This document shows, piece by piece, positions 8,378 through 11,663 of a stretch of 11,663 bases of DNA (positions are counted from its first letter, which is position 1; each line of letters begins with the position of its first letter). Source of the stretch: Promethearchaeati archaeon (GTDB taxonomy: Archaea > Asgardarchaeota > Heimdallarchaeia > JABLTI01); the NCBI GenBank assembly GCA_013166835.1, contig JABLTI010000086.1:1-11663 (forward strand), read 5' to 3'. The notes under the pieces are model-generated. The model worked only from the letters and a program-made list of their open reading frames with translations. It made no database searches and was not told the origin of the DNA. The position numbers and the translations under genes were made by a program.

Positions 8378-8710
8378 TCAAGTATCTTCCATGCGTTCTA
8401 AACGAAAAACAACAGGTTTTCGACCATCAGTACAAGAAGTGTGAATTTTTCCTTTATCTAGTCTCCAAAAGTTACCACCAAAGAAGAGAACAGACAAATC
8501 TTTGTAAAGATCCCTCCAAGCCCACATACAGAATCCTTCAGGCATAACATGGATGTCCTCGACTATGATTTCATCTCCTTCTTTGAAGTAACTACACTTA
8601 GTAACCTTTTCCCCAGTTACCTGTCTAATCTCATGATCAGGTCCAAAAACATCCTCTGGTCCAAAACGTTTGACTACTGTTATTTTTACTTTATTCTTCT
8701 TTATTTTCAT
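8378..8710 (-). CDS. TIGR04076-family-like small Cys protein (uncharacterised, putative redox/Fe-S link)
   Basis: VKITV, C..FKEGDE, PEGFCMWAWRDL, CTDGRKPVVFRLER. AGGAG/AGGA lies upstream of the ATG. Confidence 0.82.
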   Translation of the reverse strand: MKIKKNKVKITVVKRFGPEDVFGPDHEIRQVTGEKVTKCSYFKEGDEIIVEDIHVMPEGFCMWAWRDLYKDLSVLFFGGNFWRLDKGKIHTSCTDGRKPVVFRLERMEDT

Positions 8711-8898
8711 GCTTAGTCCTTTCTCCTGCTTTAATCAAATACAACATCATTATTTGTGTTTCAAATTTCAGATAAAAATTCTTTTTAAACATCGTAATAA
8801 ATTATATCTTGTTTTATTGCTGATAGTTTATCTGGTAAATAAGAAAAATAGTCAACTAATAGCTAAATAAGCATAAAGTTTTGTAATTTTAGAATTAG

Positions 8899-8940
8899 AA
8901 AAAAAAAGAATCAACTCAAAAAAAAAGGTAAAAAGAAAAA
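8899..8940 (-). terminator. Oligo-T terminator region after the surface-protein gene
   Basis: Two A9 runs on + (8899-8907, 8918-8926), which are T9 on -, 30-60 nt past the stop at 8958. Confidence 0.55.
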
Positions 8941-8957
8941 TCCAATTTGGAAATTTC

Positions 8958-10904
8958 TTATTTCTTTTTTAATCTTCGAGAGATAACTACTGTAATTGTT
9001 AAGACAAGTCCTATTGTCGCTGCCGTAACACCAAAAACAATGCCACCCTCAATTGTCGTTGTAACAGTTTGATTCTCAGTAATCGTTTCTGGTGGTAGAG
9101 TAATCGTTTCTGGTGGAGGAGTGATTGTTATTGTTTCCGGTTCAGGAAAGCTTAGAACATCATTTGGATCAGAATCGGAAAAGAGTTCAACGCTATCTAT
9201 ATATCCATCTGAATCAGTATCTGGCAGAAGAGGATCAGTATAAACATAACCATATACATCTGCTCCTGGATTAGAAGGACTGTACATGCCATTTACCTCA
9301 TAACCATCAAGTAAGAGATCTTTGTCTGTGTCTGCATCTACAGGAAGAGTGCCTTCGGAATATTCTTCGGTATTATCAAGGTAATCACTATCTGGGTCAT
9401 CTGAAGCATCATCAATTAGTGGATTTAATCCTCTTTTAACTTCCCAACCGTCGGGTATGCCATCATTGTCAGTATCATCATCCAAAGGATCAGTGAGATA
9501 ATAGTATATTTCTTCCCAGTCGGATGCACCATCATCATCTGAATCGTATTTAGCAGGATCTGTATTGTAGTAGAATTCTTCAGTGACATCATCTATATAA
9601 TCACTATCGCTATCTATAATACCTGTCTTGAAAATCGACCCTCGAAATGCTTGCCAAGGAGTAATTCCTGAAGAAACAACATCTGATAAACCAAGGCAAT
9701 ATAGCTTGTTATCATTACAGCCAATTACAATTTCTAGGATGCCATCTCCATCCAAGTCACCAATAGCAGGAGAACTTCTAGGAATATCAGCTAGTATATA
9801 ATTCCACTCTAATGCTCCAATATTACTTAAACAATAGACATTGCTATCAGCAGCACCTACTATAATTTCTACTGTTCCGTCATTATCTAAGTCGGCGATT
9901 GCAGGTGTGGAACCAATTGTGGATATTGAATAATTCCATTCAGATGTTCCTGTATGACTCAAACATAAAAGTTTTCCAACCACTGAACCAATTAACACCT
10001 CTAACGTACCATCATCATCTAAATCATAACAAACAGGAGCTTCATCAAAGACTTGACCACCAGTTGCATAGCTCCATTCTAAACTTCCTGAATGATTAAG
10101 ACAAAATAGAGTTCCAGGTGTTGCACTACCAAACAAAACCTCCAAAGTCCCATCATTGTCTAAATCAGCTACTCCAGGGGAAGTTCGACCATTTCCGATG
10201 CCAAGAAAGTCCCACTCTTTGCCACCTGTATGATTGATACAATAAAGTCTATCATCCATTGAACTAATTAATACTTCTAGTGTTCCATCATCATCCAAAT
10301 CAGCAATTGCAGGGGAAGATTGATGGATATCACCAGAGGTAAGATATTGCCATTCCAAACCACCAGTATGATTCAAACAATAAATATAATTGTTAAAGGA
10401 TCCGAAAACAATTTCTAAAGTTCCATCACCATCTAAATCAGCAATTGCAACTCCAGATGTAATATCTGCTGCTGCTCCAGTTGCTACATAGCCCCATTCA
10501 TAGCCACCTGTATGATTTAAACAAAATACTATATCATTTTCATTGGCTACAATAATTTCCAACGTACCATCATTATCTAAATCAGCGAGAGCTGGAGATT
10601 CTAGAATGCTACCACCAGTTGTATAGTTCCATAATTGGTTACCTGAATTATCTAAGCAGAAAAATAAACCATTATTACTCCCTACTAATATTTCAAAAGT
10701 GCCATCTTTATCAAGATCAGCTAAAGTAGGGTCAGAACGTATATCTGATGTAGCTGTAAATGACCATTTTTCAAATGCAGTCATTGCTTCGGGATAAAAG
10801 GCTATTTGTTCATAATCTGTCGCTTGTTTTGCATCAATATTTGTCGGTAAGCAAAAAACTACTAATAAAATTACTAAAACTAATTCTTTCATTAACTTAC
10901 TCAA
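8958..10904 (-). CDS. Secreted, C-terminally anchored cell-surface protein: 8 FG-GAP/VCBS-like propeller repeats, 6 Asp-rich Ca-binding repeats, Pro/Thr stalk, TM and basic tail
   Basis: N-terminal signal-like segment (KELVLVILLVVFCL...IDA). Eight copies of P.(I/L)xDLDxDGxxE(I/V)xxG....L(Y/F)CL, seven of them continuing to ...G..xW.(Y/F). Six D(T/S/P)DxDxxxDxxE....(T/L/S)xP repeats, then PPETIT repeats, a hydrophobic helix and RRLKKK. GGAGG (10912-10916 on -) is 7 nt before the TTG start. Confidence 0.9.
   Translation of the reverse strand: MSKLMKELVLVILLVVFCLPTNIDAKQATDYEQIAFYPEAMTAFEKWSFTATSDIRSDPTLADLDKDGTFEILVGSNNGLFFCLDNSGNQLWNYTTGGSILESPALADLDNDGTLEIIVANENDIVFCLNHTGGYEWGYVATGAAADITSGVAIADLDGDGTLEIVFGSFNNYIYCLNHTGGLEWQYLTSGDIHQSSPAIADLDDDGTLEVLISSMDDRLYCINHTGGKEWDFLGIGNGRTSPGVADLDNDGTLEVLFGSATPGTLFCLNHSGSLEWSYATGGQVFDEAPVCYDLDDDGTLEVLIGSVVGKLLCLSHTGTSEWNYSISTIGSTPAIADLDNDGTVEIIVGAADSNVYCLSNIGALEWNYILADIPRSSPAIGDLDGDGILEIVIGCNDNKLYCLGLSDVVSSGITPWQAFRGSIFKTGIIDSDSDYIDDVTEEFYYNTDPAKYDSDDDGASDWEEIYYYLTDPLDDDTDNDGIPDGWEVKRGLNPLIDDASDDPDSDYLDNTEEYSEGTLPVDADTDKDLLLDGYEVNGMYSPSNPGADVYGYVYTDPLLPDTDSDGYIDSVELFSDSDPNDVLSFPEPETITITPPPETITLPPETITENQTVTTTIEGGIVFGVTAATIGLVLTITVVISRRLKKK
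9078..9116. repeat. Exact 18-bp direct repeat, period 21, in the stalk-coding region
   Basis: AGTAATCGTTTCTGGTGG at 9078-9095 and 9099-9116, encoding PPETIT twice on the minus strand. Confidence 0.85.
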
Positions 10905-11017
10905 TTTCCGTCCTCCAATTTAAAAGAAATCATTAATAAATCATTCCAAGAATATTTCAGTATTTTGGAGGAAAAAAAACTCAAACTCGCACAAAAATAT
11001 GTTGAAAGAAAAAGAAA

Positions 11018-11347
11018 TTATTTCCTTTTTCTTCGAAGAATCAAAGTAGCAACTGTTAAACCAGTAGCAATTATGAATACAAATGTTCCAATGAAAATTC
11101 CAGTAGTTACAGTAATAGTTTGGTTCAAGGTTGAAGTCTCGGGTGGCACGGTTATTATTTCTGGAGGAGGAGTCACAGTCACTGGTGGAGGAGTGATTAG
11201 AGGTACACTTAGGGGATCATTAGGATCTGTATTCAAAATAATTTCCAAACTATCAATGAAGGTATCATCATCTGAATCAATATTGGTAGCATTAGTATGA
11301 ACATAACCTGAAGCATTTGCTCCGGGATTGAAGGGATAAAAGAAGCC
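11018..11347 (-). pseudogene. 3' remnant of a paralogous surface protein (last Ca-binding repeat, stalk, TM, RRKRK); 5' part missing
   Basis: GFFYPFNPGANASGYVHTNATNIDSDDDTFIDSLEIILNTDPNDPLS...PPETSTLNQTITVTT aligns by eye with GMYSPSNPGADVYGYVYTDPLLPDTDSDGYIDSVELFSDSDPNDVLS...PPETITENQTVTTT of 8958..10904. Similarity stops abruptly at about 11347. The first 37 aa of the track ORF are the antisense of another ORF and carry no convincing signal peptide. Confidence 0.72.
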
Positions 11348-11350
11348 TCT

Positions 11351-11500
11351 ATGCAATTTCCTATCTATTGTAACCAAAAGATGGATTATGAGGATGGTCA
11401 TCTGATTTGTGAGATATGCAAGGAAAGAATTCCAATTCCTGCATGCTCTGAATGCAACCAAACACTTGGCATTGGAGTTAAAGAATTAGAAAACGATTGA
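11351..11500 (+). CDS. Small Cys-rich zinc-ribbon-like protein, 49 aa, possibly N-terminally truncated
   Basis: Manual translation from ATG 11351 to TGA 11498-11500: MQFPIYCNQKMDYEDGHLICEICKERIPIPACSECNQTLGIGVKELEND*. Two CxxC pairs plus a fifth Cys and a His. Shorter than anything in the ORF track. Confidence 0.65.
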   Translation: MQFPIYCNQKMDYEDGHLICEICKERIPIPACSECNQTLGIGVKELEND

Positions 11501-11663
11501 AGGGCTGAATTGAGTAATGCCTAAATTTCTGCTGTTCTAGTTTTTCTGGAAGATTCAAATTTTACTTGTAAATTTCTCTATATTATTTTTCTTTAGATTA
11601 ATGAGAATTCTCTTTTTATCAAAAGTAGCAAGTAGTTATAATTTTATATAACTAAATAGTAAA

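Noticed and set aside
5491-10099. Short ORFs 5491..5688, 6038..6232, 7765..7953, 8670..8870 and 9899..10099
   Set aside because: They lie antisense within well-supported genes, or in AT-rich intergenic DNA (8670..8870), and have no recognisable motifs.
9700-10740. CRISPR array or DGR template/variable repeats
   Set aside because: The repeats are degenerate, in-frame, ~135-nt protein repeats. There are no identical repeats with unique spacers, no adenine-only mismatch pair, and no cas or reverse transcriptase gene.
10965-11300. Plus-strand 111-aa ORF
   Set aside because: It is the antisense of the Pro/Thr stalk and TM remnant (GG/VT runs mirror PP/TV). The minus strand has clear paralogy to 8958..10904.
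11348-11461. N-terminal part of track ORF 11018..11461 as real coding sequence
   Set aside because: It has a TTG start without an RBS and no homology to the paralog, while the opposite strand encodes a patterned Cys-rich peptide.

Overview
AT-rich window (visually about one-third GC) that reads like an archaeal chromosome, with oligo-T terminators, GGTGA/GGAGG ribosome-binding motifs and Pro/Thr-stalk + TM + basic-tail surface anchors. An Asgard/Heimdallarchaeia-like origin is my inference, not proven. Left to right: the 3' end of a membrane protein and a hairpin/T-tract terminator; four tandem, diverged zinc-free MDR (quinone-reductase-like) paralogs; two atypical rhodaneses flanking an opposite-strand 4-TM Cys/His-motif membrane gene split by one in-frame TAA; a flavodoxin; a DUF2785-like protein; an aldo/keto reductase; a TIGR04076-like Cys protein; and a secreted, membrane-anchored 8-repeat FG-GAP-like propeller with Ca-binding repeats. 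At the right end, a 5'-truncated paralog of that surface gene is joined head-to-head at about 11348 to a 49-codon Cys-rich ORF missed by the ORF track. I see no RNA genes, CRISPR arrays or mobile elements. The best candidate for an undescribed system is the rhodanese / Cys-membrane protein / rhodanese module in a redox-gene neighbourhood, and that remains a hypothesis.
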